From Octopus sinensis (lineage: Eukaryota): a stretch of DNA of 64,000 nt. The notes beneath the pieces were generated by a model, which worked only from the letters and a program-made list of their open reading frames with translations, made no database searches and was not told the DNA's origin. The DNA lies in assembly GCF_006345805.1 (NCBI RefSeq), contig NC_043013.1:10540001-10604000 (forward strand). The letters run 5' to 3'. Numbering within the stretch: the first letter of the stretch is position 1; every line of letters begins with the position of its first letter. This document shows, in pieces, positions 1-12,609 of this stretch. The translations under genes were made by a program, and so were the position numbers.

Positions 1-1570
1 AGATCATCTTAGCAATTTCGGCTGATTAATCTTGAGATTGCTCCGATATGGCCAGCCCGCCAAGGGAAATCTAAGCCAAGCGCATTAGATCCCCTGGAAG
101 AAAGCTTCGAATGTATACAACACGAGGACGGAAAACGAACGAAGTACACGAACAAAAATACAGAATACGTGACACCAATAAGAATACAAAAGCGTAAAAA
201 CAATAACGGTAAAAATAAAAAATAAACAACAAAACAAAACCAGGACGTAGGACAAGGGTCTTTCGACAGGACGAGTTGAGTATGGGGCTGGCTTGTGAAG
301 TTGTGCCTAAAGGCCGCAGGGAGACGAACAAATACGTGTTGCTTCTGCGACTGCTGGAACGAAAAGAGCGCTCAACAGCGGCTAGCGGTCACGTGAGAAC
401 AAAAGACAGGAGAAAGGGACAGATGAAAAGAGAGAGAAGGTGGACGAGGGAGGAGAAGAAAGAGACAGATCGAAGGGGCTGGAGGTGAGAGAGATAGAGA
501 AACGTAGAAGGAGGGGGGGAAGACGGATGGAGAGGGAAAGAAAGGAAGGGGAATAAGGGAGGAGAGAGAGAGAGAGAAAGAGACAGATTAAGAGTCGTAT
601 CAATGCTAGAGAAAAAATATACTTATCGTATAAGGACAATTGTGGATACGTAGCCGCCGATTATATAGGTAAACAGTAAAAATAATTACAGACATAGACA
701 AGAACATGAAACACCACAGAGACGACACAAGAACCACAGGACGGGACATTCGAAGCCCTCAGTCATCAGTCAAGAACCAGATCATCTTAGCAATTTCGGC
801 TGATTAATCTTGAGATTGCTCCGATATGGCCAGCCCGCCAAGGGAAATCTAAGCCAAGCGCATTAGATCCCCTGGAAGAAAGCTTCGAATGTATACAACA
901 CGAGGACGGAAAACGAACGAAGTACACGAACAAAAATACAGAATACGTGACACCAATAAGAATACAAAAACGTAAAAACAATAACGGTAAAAATAAAAAA
1001 TAAACAACAAAACAAAACCAGGACGTAGGACAAGGGTCTTTCGACAGGACGAGTTGAGTATGGGGCTGGCTTGTGAAGTTGTGCCTAATGGCCGCAGGGA
1101 GACGAACAAATACGTGTTGCTTCTGCGACTGCTGAAACGAAAAGAGCGCTCAACAGCGGCTAGCGGTCACGTGAGAACAAAAGACAGGAGAAAGGGACAG
1201 ATGAAAAGAGAGAGAAGGTGGACGAGGGAGGAGAAGAAAGAGACAGATCGAGGGGGCTGGAGGTGAGAGAGATAGAGAAACGTAGAAGGGGGGGAAAGAC
1301 GGATGGAGAGGGAAAGAAAGGAAGGGGAATAAGGGAGGAGAGAGAGAGAGAGAAAGAGACAGATTAAGAGTCGTATCAATGCTAGAGAAAAAATATACTT
1401 ATCGTATAAGGACAATTGTGGATACGTAGCCGCCGATTATATAGGTAAACAGTAAAAATAATTACAGACATGGACAAGAACATGAAACACCACAGGGACG
1501 ACACAAGAACCACAGGACGGGACATTCGAAGCCCTCAGTCATCAGTCAAGAACCAGATCATCTTAGCAAT
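1..1570 (-). repeat. Tandem array of a ~778-bp element (2 full units + stub), continues off the window start
   Basis: agatcatcttagcaat recurs at 1, 779 and 1555 (periods 778 and 776); units differ by a few SNPs; array ends at 1570 against an (AT)n run; diverged homolog at 46806-47772. Confidence 0.95.
759..820 (-). ncRNA. Hammerhead-like motif with core blocks in scrambled order
   Basis: Minus strand: AGCAAU-C-UCAAGA, UUAA, UCAG-CC-GAA-AUUGCU, 13-nt linker, UCUUGA-CUGAUGA-CUGA; stems I and III are 6 bp, stem II is imperfect. Confidence 0.4.
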
Positions 1571-1906
1571 ATATATATAAGGATAAGATCGATATAAAAA
1601 AAACTTTCAAAGGTAATAATTATTTAAAATTATAATTTAGGGTATCTAAGTGATACCACCACGCTGAAAATATCAGTCAAATCTTGACACTAAAACCACA
1701 TTGAATGTTCATATAGCACCAGGAGAGAAGACAGAGACAAAATAAACTAGAAAAGAAATAATAATTCCAGATCCCGGATTTCTGGCTTTGCATAAGAAAT
1801 GCTCTGCCTTCATCAGTGGAATGGACTCAGAAAGTACATAAATACAAATATATATATTTGTAGTTGTAGAGTCAAGTTTTGACTACTATTTTCAGCGTTG
1901 TGGTAT
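1571..1906 (-). mobile_element. Penelope-like (PLE) terminal-repeat fragment with HHR and inverted 36-bp segment
   Basis: Unique segment between AT runs; 1653-1688 and 1871-1906 are inverted repeats (32/36); HHR inside. Confidence 0.55.
1764..1822 (-). ncRNA. Type I hammerhead ribozyme
   Basis: AUUCCA CUGAUGA A GGC(..GCAU UUCUU AUGC..)GCC A GAA AUC CGG GAU C UGGAAU; 6-bp stem I, AUC cleavage triplet. Confidence 0.8.
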
Positions 1907-1941
1907 ATATATATATATAATATATATATATATATATGTAT

Positions 1942-2022
1942 AGAAGTAAATATATGGCACAACGAAGTACCGATATTTACTGGCTATTCTTTACTGGAAG
2001 CAATACTCTCGTATTGCATTAC

Positions 2023-2023
<1 letters not shown>
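1942..2023 (+). repeat. Short interspersed element within (TA)n; second copy at 6662-6747 on minus strand
   Basis: About 90% identical ~85-bp copies, both flanked by TA arrays; 7-bp terminal hairpin GCAATAC/GTATTGC. Confidence 0.7.
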
Positions 2024-2067
<44 letters not shown>

Positions 2068-2496
2068 CGTGTGTGTGTGTGTGTGTGTGTGCGTGTGTGT
2101 GTGTGTATGCTTGTATACGCGCGCATGTGTGTGTATGTATGTCTGATTACCTTGGCTTCTGGAAATAATGTTGTGCAACTGTCTTTGACTATCCTCATAT
2201 CTCCTGCAATGATTGCCATTTTTCTTAACGGCGTAGCATATAAATGCTGGAGAACTTATGGCCCTTGAAGTTAACCCTCTTGCCTTAAAGAGCAGATATC
2301 AATTAGTATATGGTAATTGCGATACGAACTCCAATTCCAGAGAAAATTTTAGTAAATCATGAATCTAGGTTGTATGCCATTTGATATACCTGTATTTCTC
2401 TGCGTTCTTCATATGCGTACTATTGGGCACATTAAGTTGTTTCTCTTAGCAGTATCATTTTAAAATATACACATACACATAAACAAACACACCCGC

Positions 2497-2560
<64 letters not shown>

Positions 2561-2656
2561 TATATATATTGAAAATTGAATAGATTGATAATTGAAGAAA
2601 CAGATAGACACGTAGGTGATAGACATATAGCTAGATAGATAGACACATATACACAG

Positions 2657-2671
2657 GCGGAGACACATAGG

Positions 2672-2726
<55 letters not shown>

Positions 2727-2727
2727 T

Positions 2728-2786
<59 letters not shown>
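2657..2786. repeat. (GATA)n microsatellite
   Basis: Direct reading. Confidence 0.95.
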
Positions 2787-2787
<1 letters not shown>

Positions 2788-3727
2788 ACTAGAAATTTAG
2801 AAAAAAAGAGAAAGCGGGAGAATATGTGAGACAGATTGTCACCTGCTTGCTCAATAAACAATGTAATAGCAGCTAAAATGTTAGACGAAAAGAGAAAGAG
2901 AAAACCGAGTTAAATCGATGAAGAACAAAGAAGCTGATCATAGCTTATTATGCAACCTTGAACCTAAAGCAGAATACTGTCAGGACTTGCACCGCATAAA
3001 TCTCTTAAGTCCATGACAGATTCCTCTTCTACTGCTTTGGCTACTGCTACTGACATTGTGGTTGCTGTTGTTGTTGTTGGTACTGTTAATGTTAGTGTTG
3101 CTGTTGTTGTTGTTACACTAGTAGTTGTTATGTTGCTGTTTTAGTAGTAGTAGTAGTAGTTGTTGTTGTTGTTGTTGTTGCTGATATATTGTTGTTAGTT
3201 TTCTTGCTGTTGTGATAGTGGTTGTTCCTGTGTGGTTAGTGTTACCGTGGTTGCAGTAGTCAGTCTGTGGTTCATTTTGCTCTGGATTTTGAGAGTTGTT
3301 GTTGTTGTTGTTGCTGCTGCTGTTGTTGCTGTTGTTGTTGTTGTTGTTGTTGTTGCCGTCACTGTTGCTCTCGACACCGTTGGTGCTGTTCCTTCTTTCG
3401 TTGGACTCTTCAATATAGGATGATGTCAACAGACTCTCAACTATGATCATTAAAATGACGACATTAATGGCAGTTGTTGTTGTTAAGGTGGTGTTGGTGA
3501 TGGTGGTGCTGTTGGTGATGATGATGATGATCATCATCATGACGACGATGCTGACGGTAGTTAGGAGTGTGAGGTTGATTTATTCGTCAATATATCTGTC
3601 TCACTGTCTCAATCTATCTCTACGCATACGTATGCATACCTGTGTGTCTGTGTAAGTATGTATTTGTGTATATGTGTGTGCGTGTGTGTGGATATGTAGG
3701 TAGATGCTTATATGTAGATATTTGTGT

Positions 3728-3760
<33 letters not shown>

Positions 3761-3891
3761 CGTACATATGTATTTATATACATATAAGTATATATATATG
3801 TATTAACATATATATGCATATGTGTATTAACATATATATGCATGTGTGTGTGTCTATGCGCATATATATATATATATATATATGCGCATAG

Positions 3892-3930
<39 letters not shown>

Positions 3931-4548
3931 AAAACATGTATATACATGTATCCTTATATGTATATGCATAAATGCACAGAGGAGAGAGAGAGTGAAAGAG
4001 ACGATGATGATGATCAGGAGGAGGAGGAGTAGGAGGAGGAGGAGGAGTAGGAGGAGGAGGAGGAGGAGGATTGTGACGATGATGACGACTATCACGTTGA
4101 TGATGACGACGTCGATGATAACGACGACGGTAATGTTGACGACGAAGATGGAGTCCATGGCGATGATGACGGTAAAGGCCACGATGAACGACGCTAAGGA
4201 CGATAATGGCGAAGAGTTGATCGTGGCTACGATGGTGAACAGTGTAAGAGTACGGCGTTTACTTTGATTTATATCTTCACCCACTGCCAAGCAATATGGT
4301 CTTCCTAGAGATGTCTTAGACCTTGCAGCAAATAAATTTTGTGTGCATACGTGTACACTTGAGTAAGCCTGTTGATATCTATGTGTCTGCTGTACTAGTA
4401 TAAGCATTCTCAGCTTATTGACATTTGGCTATATAATGTAAATTACTAATACATATTGTGTATTCATGCTGTGTATCCTACAGCCAATAAAGTGCCTCCT
4501 CTTTTCGCATACATATCCTTATATGAATATATACATGCATACATATAC

Positions 4549-4846
<298 letters not shown>

Positions 4847-5004
4847 TATATATATATATATAATATATATATATACGTACATATGTATTTATATACATAT
4901 AAGTATATATATATGTATTAACATATATATGCATATGTGTATTAACATATATATGCATGTGTGTGTGTCTATGCGCATATATATATATATATATATGCGC
5001 ATAG

Positions 5005-5043
<39 letters not shown>

Positions 5044-5668
5044 AACATGTATATACATGTATCCTTATATGTATATGCATAAATGCACAGAGGAGAGAGA
5101 GAGTGAAAGAGACGATGATGATGATCAGGAGGAGGAGGAGTAGGAGGAGAAGGAGGAGGAGGAGGAGGAGGAGGAGGATTGTGACGATGATGACGACTAT
5201 CACGTTGATGATGACGACGTCGATGATAACGACGACGGTAATGTTGACGACGAAGATGGAGTCCATGGCGATGATGACGGTAAAGGCCACGATGAACGAC
5301 GCTAAGGACGATAATGGCGAAGAGTTGATCGTGGCTACGATGGTGATGAGTGTAAGAGTACGGCGTTTACTTTGATTTATATCTTCACCCACTGCCAAGC
5401 AATATGGTCTTCCTAGAGATGTCTTAGACCTTGCAGCAAATAAATTTTGTGTGCATACGTGTACACTTGAGTAAGCCTGTTGATATCTATGTGTCTGCTG
5501 TACTAGTATAAGCATTCTCAGCTTATTGACATTTGGCTATATAATGTAAATTACTAATACATATTGTGTATTCATGCTGTGTATCCTACAGCCAATAAAG
5601 TGCCTCCTCTTTTCGCATACATATCCTTATATGAATATATACATGCATACATATACATATATATATAT

Positions 5669-5760
<92 letters not shown>

Positions 5761-5816
5761 ATTTTATAGAAGGAGCTTCTACAGGACTAGAACTGTTTCA
5801 TTCAAATGAAATCATC

Positions 5817-5873
5817 AGGAGCTTCCTGATGATTTCATTTGAATGAAACAGTTCTAGTCCTGTAGAAGCTCCT
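5817..5873 (+). ncRNA. Type I hammerhead ribozyme (duplicate of 4707-4763)
   Basis: Identical sequence at +1110 within the tandem duplication. Confidence 0.85.
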
Positions 5874-6046
5874 TCTATAAAATAAATTAAATTTCTCTGC
5901 TATGTATTGAGTACCTTATTTACTGTGGTTAACCCCGACTCAACCCGGGACCTACATATATATATATATATATATATATTGCCATGTTGGACCACTGAAC
6001 TCAACACGTTTATTTTTTCGTTCCCTCTTTCTTTTTCATCTTATTA

Positions 6047-6082
6047 CTTTCTGTCGAAGAGCGTGTGCTCGAAACGTAAAAG
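6047..6082 (+). ncRNA. Minimal hammerhead-like motif with CUGUCGA core
   Basis: CUUU CUGUCGA A GAGC GUGU GCUC GAA ACGU A AAAG; palindromic ACGU stem III. Confidence 0.55.
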
Positions 6083-6224
6083 ACTTTTCCAATTTTTGCC
6101 GAGCACTTGTTTGTTGTTCCTACAGTTCTCTTCGTATTTATCTTTCTATAAATTTGAACTACAACTGTATAAATGTGTACGTATATGTATATATATATAT
6201 GTAATATGTGCCATATGTAATAAT

Positions 6225-6525
6225 GTGGAGGCGCAATGACCCCGTGGTTAGTGTAGCGGACTCGCGGTCGGAGGATCGCATTTTCGATTCCCAGACCGGG
6301 CGTTGTGTGTGATTATTGAGCAAAAACACTTAAAAGCTCCACGAGGCTCCGACAGGGGGTGGTGGCGACTCGTGTTCTACTCTTTCGCCACAACTTTCTC
6401 TCACTCTCTCTTCCTGTTTCTTGAGTAACGCTGCGATGGACTGGCGTCCCCTCCAGCTGGATGAACACATACGCCACAGAAACCGGGAAACCGGGCCCAT
6501 GAGCCTGCCTAGGCTTGAAAAGGGC
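6225..6525 (+). mobile_element. tRNA-derived SINE, family 1 (ggaggcgcaatggcccagtgg head)
   Basis: A-box/B-box-like head, many homologs in window. Confidence 0.85.
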
Positions 6526-6605
6526 TTATCAGGAGCATATGTAATAACAATGTAATATATACAGTGTTAACCATCACACTATGAAATAAACAGTCATAAA
6601 GATGT

Positions 6606-6640
<35 letters not shown>

Positions 6641-6748
6641 TTGAAATATATATATATAAATTAGTAATGCAATACTAGAGTATTGCTTTCCAGTAAAGAA
6701 TAGCCCATGAGAATATCGGTACTTCGTTGTGCCATATATTTACTTCTT

Positions 6749-6792
<44 letters not shown>

Positions 6793-9254
6793 ATATATAT
6801 ACAGTATCATCAATGTCACAAAATTTGTGAATAATCTTACTGGTTTCATTCCTATACTGAGTTTCTCGTTAGTTGACCTCTGAAATATTGCCTATAAACT
6901 CACTGTTACTACAGATTTACTTAGATTAAGATAAGCTGATTTACATATTATAACACATTCTTGATAGTTATTTATTTTTAAAAAGCCTACTTAGTATTTG
7001 ATGAATTGACTACACGATATTAAAACTACGACAATTCATCAATATATTTGTTTGCGATGTTGAAAGTATATAAAACAGTTATTTACATCTGTTTATGCTT
7101 GTAGTGCGGAGTATGTACAAGTCCACATGTGTGTGTGTTTGCGTGCGTGTTGTGTTTGTGTGTGTGTATCTGTGTGTGCTTGAGTGTGCTCACTCGCATG
7201 TGTGTATGTGCTTGGGTGTGTGTGCATCTATTTATATAAAAGATTGAATACTTTTTATGTACCAGAATCTTAACAACCTCTCTAGTTGCTGATAATACAT
7301 TAAAATATTCAAATGCATCAATTAGATTTCTTGCAACCCTCGTAATAGTAGTCTTCATAAGCAACCCTTCAGTGGAATCTTTTTCAAGCATTAGCGCCAA
7401 GGCCCAGACATTTAAGTTATTGACGTGCTTAACCCGATGAGTGCTTGGCTAAACATTTTGTACAAGTGTGCCTATAATGGATATCACTCTGTTGCAAGCT
7501 AATAGCCATACTTTTGGTTCAGCCAGTAAAGCATCAATCTTGAATGCATGATTCACTCTTTACATTCACGACAAAGTTTGACCTGGTACTGTTGATCGAA
7601 ATATGTGTTTTAAGGGACCCATATTCAAACTTAACTCTTATTCTTTATTTTAGAGATGTTCGGGTAGCAAATGATGACCTGAAAACCTAAAGGGATTTAT
7701 TTCTTCTTCCGACTAAATCATACATAATTAAGCAGGAACTGGCAATCATTTGAATGTTGGACAGAAAGCCTTGCGCTTTTTATTCCGACTTTCTCGTTTC
7801 TGAGCTCGACTTCGCCTTTCATGCTTACAATATTGATGAAAGTGAGCCAATCCAGGGCAATGTTCTAGCAGGTTATACCGCTAGTTTCACAGTATTTGTC
7901 CCGCTAATGCCGACTACTTTAGCGAGAAACTTAATCCATCACCTGGTTTAAACTCACATTGTGACACCAACGATAATATGAGCGGAGTTCACTCTGCTTC
8001 CAAGCATTCGGATCCGGTCGACGTGACAATACCTCCCTCCCTTGAGCAAGGTACAATATTCTCCTTTTTGTTGTTTTTGCATTTTTATTTCCTCTATTTC
8101 AATGATATACGAAATTATACAGACTTACAAACTTCACGATATAATCTTTTCCGTTGTCGACCTCTACCATATTCCTTGGACACAGTTTTATTTGTTTATT
8201 AAATGTCTTGCATTTTGGTCGGTGAAGGGTGGTGCCTAATATTTTATAGATAATTATCTCTAACATTTTGCAGCACTGTAGGAAAGAAACCTCAAAACAA
8301 AAACCCTCGCCTGTGTATCAGAGATTAACTATAAAAGCTGCACATATTTAAAGATAAATTCTGCAATGACAAAGCAAGTTGCCTATTACATCATCACAGC
8401 CGGATATCGAGAGAGGACGATAGAGTGATAGTTAGAATGGGTATGAGAGATAGAAATAGAAAACGAGAAGTAGATAGCTATAGGGAAACTGAGACAAAGA
8501 GAGAATGAAGGGGAACGCTGGGAAGTGAGACAGGAATTAAAGGCATGCTGAGGCTTAATTTTCATTCTGTTGTTTCACACAGCACAGCATTTACCTGTCA
8601 GTAATTTCAATCATGATTTACAATACTATGGATAATCTGCATCATTTAAATTAGATTAATTATCTCAACGTATTATAAGGAATCACTGCCAACCTGCTTG
8701 ATTATAGTCTAGCTCTATGCAGGATCTTACCCACATAAATCTATTTCGTTCTGAAATTCCCAGCAGCAGTGCGAATTTGGAGTAAGAATTCTAGAGATGA
8801 TAATGACCTCCAGAACAGGGAATATGAGTTAGCTTAGGTTCGGGGTTGATTTAGGTGGGTTTGGGTGCATGGGAGGTTTTTATTTTGTTACAAATTAGTG
8901 AAAAGGTAGAGGAAAGAAAAGGCAACGAATGTAGTGACACTTAACGCCAGTAGATAGATTCCTGTATTCTGTTTTCATCTTAGTTTGTGTAATTACGTGT
9001 TCTGTTATTCTCGTTGGCAACCTACTAAACATTGCTCTAAAGCTATCATACATTCATACATTGACACACACATACACAGATATAATTACACAAACACACA
9101 CAGAGAAACACACACTAACACAGTTATGTACCTACTCGCTCCCAGTATTGTTCATCTTTACCTTATCTCTCTTCTACAAATGAAGGAATTAGCGCAGGCA
9201 TGATTGTATGGTTCTGGGTTCGTTCCCACTGCGCTGAGAGGGAAAAGTGTTTAG

Positions 9255-9425
9255 AGCTGTGTGGCTAAGAAGCCTGCTTCACAACCACATGGTTTCGAGT
9301 TCAATTGGGCAAGTGTCTTCAGTTGGTCAAGTGTCTCCTACATCAACCCGGGACGGCCAATGTCTTGTGTGAGTGGATTTGATAGATGGGAACTTAGTGG
9401 AATCCCGTCGTATATGTATGTGTGT
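9255..9425 (+). mobile_element. tRNA-derived SINE, family 3, head fragment
   Basis: Similar to 52720-52882 and 57318-57480. Confidence 0.7.
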
Positions 9426-10894
9426 GCAGTTTTTAAACATACCGTATCTTTCGACATGCAAGTCAACATAGTATATAGTATAAATATGAAGTTTAAACGT
9501 TCAAACTTCGTCACTATCTTTTCCAAATACTTTTGCATTTCACGTAAAATTTTTTGTCTTCCAACGTCGTCTTGGTGTAAAAGTCGACCTACATTTTTCC
9601 GTCGTAAATTGAACTTAAAAATGCGACATGTATGCAGGAACACTTAGTATGTTTTTTGTTTTATAAATTATGCAGCTACTCCTGCTGCACAAAGTAACTG
9701 AGATTTGACTGAAGATCTAAACTGTGTGGGTAGTTAAGTGTAGATATGTACGCTTTTCACTAAACCCATTGTATCTAAATTCATTGCATCAGAATTTGAG
9801 TGTGTTCTTTGTACGACTTTGAAGCTCTAAATATGTCGTAATCATTCAATGCTGTCAGAGTCTTCTATGCCTTTCATCCCTTCGAGATCTATAAAAATAC
9901 GTACCAGTTGACTATTGGAGTCGATGCAGATGACTTAGCCCCTGGCTCAAAATTGCTGGCTTTGTGCCAAAATTTGAAAGAATATAGTATGAACATTTTA
10001 CTTCTGTTTTTATATATATATACAATGCATTTATAAAGGAATTTTTCCAGGGTGAAATACTGCAGCTTTTGTGTCTTCAACAACACATAATTTAAATATG
10101 TTATATAGATGAAGCTTTTATTCTACATTTGCCTCTATTGCACATTGGAAATTTTATTCAGCTTTTTCAGCGTTATTGCAAACCAGTGTAATGGTTATAA
10201 TTTCTCTATATACTTCTGATTGGCCGATTCGAAAGTGGCACGTGGATATGACATTGACGAGTCGCAAGTACCGCGAAATGTGCATAAGTGGCTCTCGAGT
10301 ACTTCTGCGGCGATTTAGTTCTACCTAGATTTGAAGTAAACTATATTTTTTTAACACAACACGCCTATAAAGAGATTTTTCCGGAAGAAAACCTGCAGCT
10401 TTTGGCTTTTCAATGATACGTATACGATAAGTATGTTGCATATATAAAAAAAAAATAAAATGCTCTGGCTCTACAGTAATTTAACCCATTTGGCTTTAGC
10501 ACATTTCATATACTTATCTTAAACTTAAACAATTATTTATCTATTTTTCATAACCAATATCCAATCATTTTCCCTTCTTCTATTTGAAATATTTATTAAT
10601 GTTTATAGCATGCACTTCACTGAACATATTTTAAAATTTAATTCATTTAAATTTTATTTACTCTTAGAATTTTCTGTTAAATCACAATTTTTAAGTTCTT
10701 CAGACTTAATTACTATTTTCTTATATTGGTAATTTTTGTCAGTTTCTTTTTAGTGAACTTTAATGATACTTCTGTATATATTGTGCATTTAAAAGGGATG
10801 TGGATAAATGTATACTTTTATTTAAGACTCAAAATGTGTGTATGATTTGTTTTCGGTGTCATAATTTCTAGGTGTGCTATTGATTCAATCGCAA

Positions 10895-11230
10895 GTTAGG
10901 TGGTTAGTAAGTTAGTTAATTTTTTGGCTCAAAAAGCAAAAAGGAAGGCCATATAGGGGGACATGGAGTTATGTACAGGGTGGTGTTCATGTAAAGAGTT
11001 CAGGCCACTTGAGGTCAAGGGAGACTTTGAACAAAGCGGTCGTCGGCATCTTCACCATCTCGTCTGGCAGCCTATTCCACTGATCCGCAACCCGGACGGA
11101 TAAAGCCCCTCTCCTTCGATTGAGATGAAATCGTCGCAGAGAGAGCTTTTCGGAATGACCCCGCAGCCGACGCTCTGGAGCAGGAGTAAGATCGCAGGAT
11201 AGAACGCAATCCAGGTTCAAATGACACTGA
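10895..11230 (-). mobile_element. CR1/L2-clade LINE 3' end (RT C-terminus and short tail)
   Basis: ORF 10987-11220: RGHSEKL...RVADQWNRLP.EMV...FK..LD, the CR1/L2 C-terminal pattern; TAAC-like tail repeats. Confidence 0.8.
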
Positions 11231-11390
11231 AGCCAACTTTATCTTCGGTTCCTCAGTGTGCGATTAAACGTTGCAATCGATGGAGCTAGACTGACGGAGC
11301 TGCACAGAACTTTATTTAAATAATAGCAATAAGACACAGCTATACCTTAGTTTAAATGATACAAGTTTAATAATACTGTACTATCGAGTT

Positions 11391-11776
11391 GGAGGCGCAA
11401 TGGCCCAGTGGTTAGGGCAGCGGACTCGCGGTCATAGGATCGTGGTTTCGATTCCCAGACCGGGCTTTGTGAGTGTTTATTGAGCGAAAACACCTAAAAG
11501 CTCCACGAGGCTCCGGCAGAGGATGGTGGTGATCCCTGCTGTACTCTTTCACCACAACTTTCTCTCACTCTTACTTCCTGTTTCTGTTGTACCTGTATTT
11601 CAAAGGGCCGGCCTTGTCACTCTCTGTGTCACGCTGAATATCCCCGAGAACTGCGTTAAGGGTACACGTGTCTGTGGAGTGCTCAGCCACTTACACGTTA
11701 ATTTCACGAGCAGGCTGTTCCGTTGATTCGGATCAACCGGAACCCTCGTCGTCGTAACCGACGGAGTGCTTCCACC
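11391..11776 (+). mobile_element. Full-length SINE family 1 with 11-bp TSD
   Basis: actatcgagtt at 11380-11390 and 11777-11787. Confidence 0.92.
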
Positions 11777-11940
11777 ACTATCGAGTTACTGATCGTTGAA
11801 GATATCAGTAAACTGAACTGGCAACCGAGATAATTTAAAGCTCCTGCTCAAAAACTTACGGATTATTAGAGGTTCCGTCTACCAGCGCCCATAAGCTAGT
11901 GTTGTATCTGTATGTGTATTACACATATCTTAGTACTAGA

Positions 11941-12150
11941 AGGCAAGCTGGTAGAATCTTTAAGACGTTGGACAAAATGCCTAGTGGTATATTTACTGAT
12001 CATGACGCTCTGAGTTCAAATTCAGCCTAGGCCAAGTTCTCCTTTAATGATTCATGGATTGATAAAATAAATTAGCAGTCAAATCTTTGGGTGGATGTAA
12101 TCTTCTAATGCTTTCCCCAAAATTTCAGGCCTTGTGCTTATAATAGAAAC
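11941..12150 (+). mobile_element. SINE family 2 (ggcgagctggcagaa head), degenerate
   Basis: Homology to 61493-61710. Confidence 0.7.
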
Positions 12151-12609
12151 CAAACTATTATTCATGTTGCATAGAGTGTATATGTTTAACGCCTTTCTGT
12201 AGATTTAACTATTTCTATCGTGTATATCTTTTTAAGGTCATTTTCCGTAAAAACAACAGAAATATAATATTTTCTTCCTCTTCAAATTATATTCTCTGTT
12301 GGCTATATTTTCTTTCACTGTTCTTATTTTCACATTCGCCGTATTATCAGAAACAGAATGAAATTATTTCTTACAAACATGGTTCTGTAACCTTTTACCA
12401 TCTCTACTGTTAATTTGAAAGAAATTTGTGTATTTTAGATTAATGAAATAATTAAATTATTTAACTGAATTATGTAATCTAAAATAAATTATATAAGCTC
12501 ACAAATCTTCAAACAGTTTTACCGAGGTTTTAATACCCGAAATTAATTTATAGATGATTCTCTTTGCTACATCTACGACTTAAAATAACATCACAATGAA
12601 ATACAAGTA

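Noticed and set aside
3118-3540. Poly-N/Q ORF resembling a low-complexity exon
   Set aside because: Built from interleaved GTT/GTA/GAT trinucleotide repeats, open in several frames, with no domain or clear splice sites
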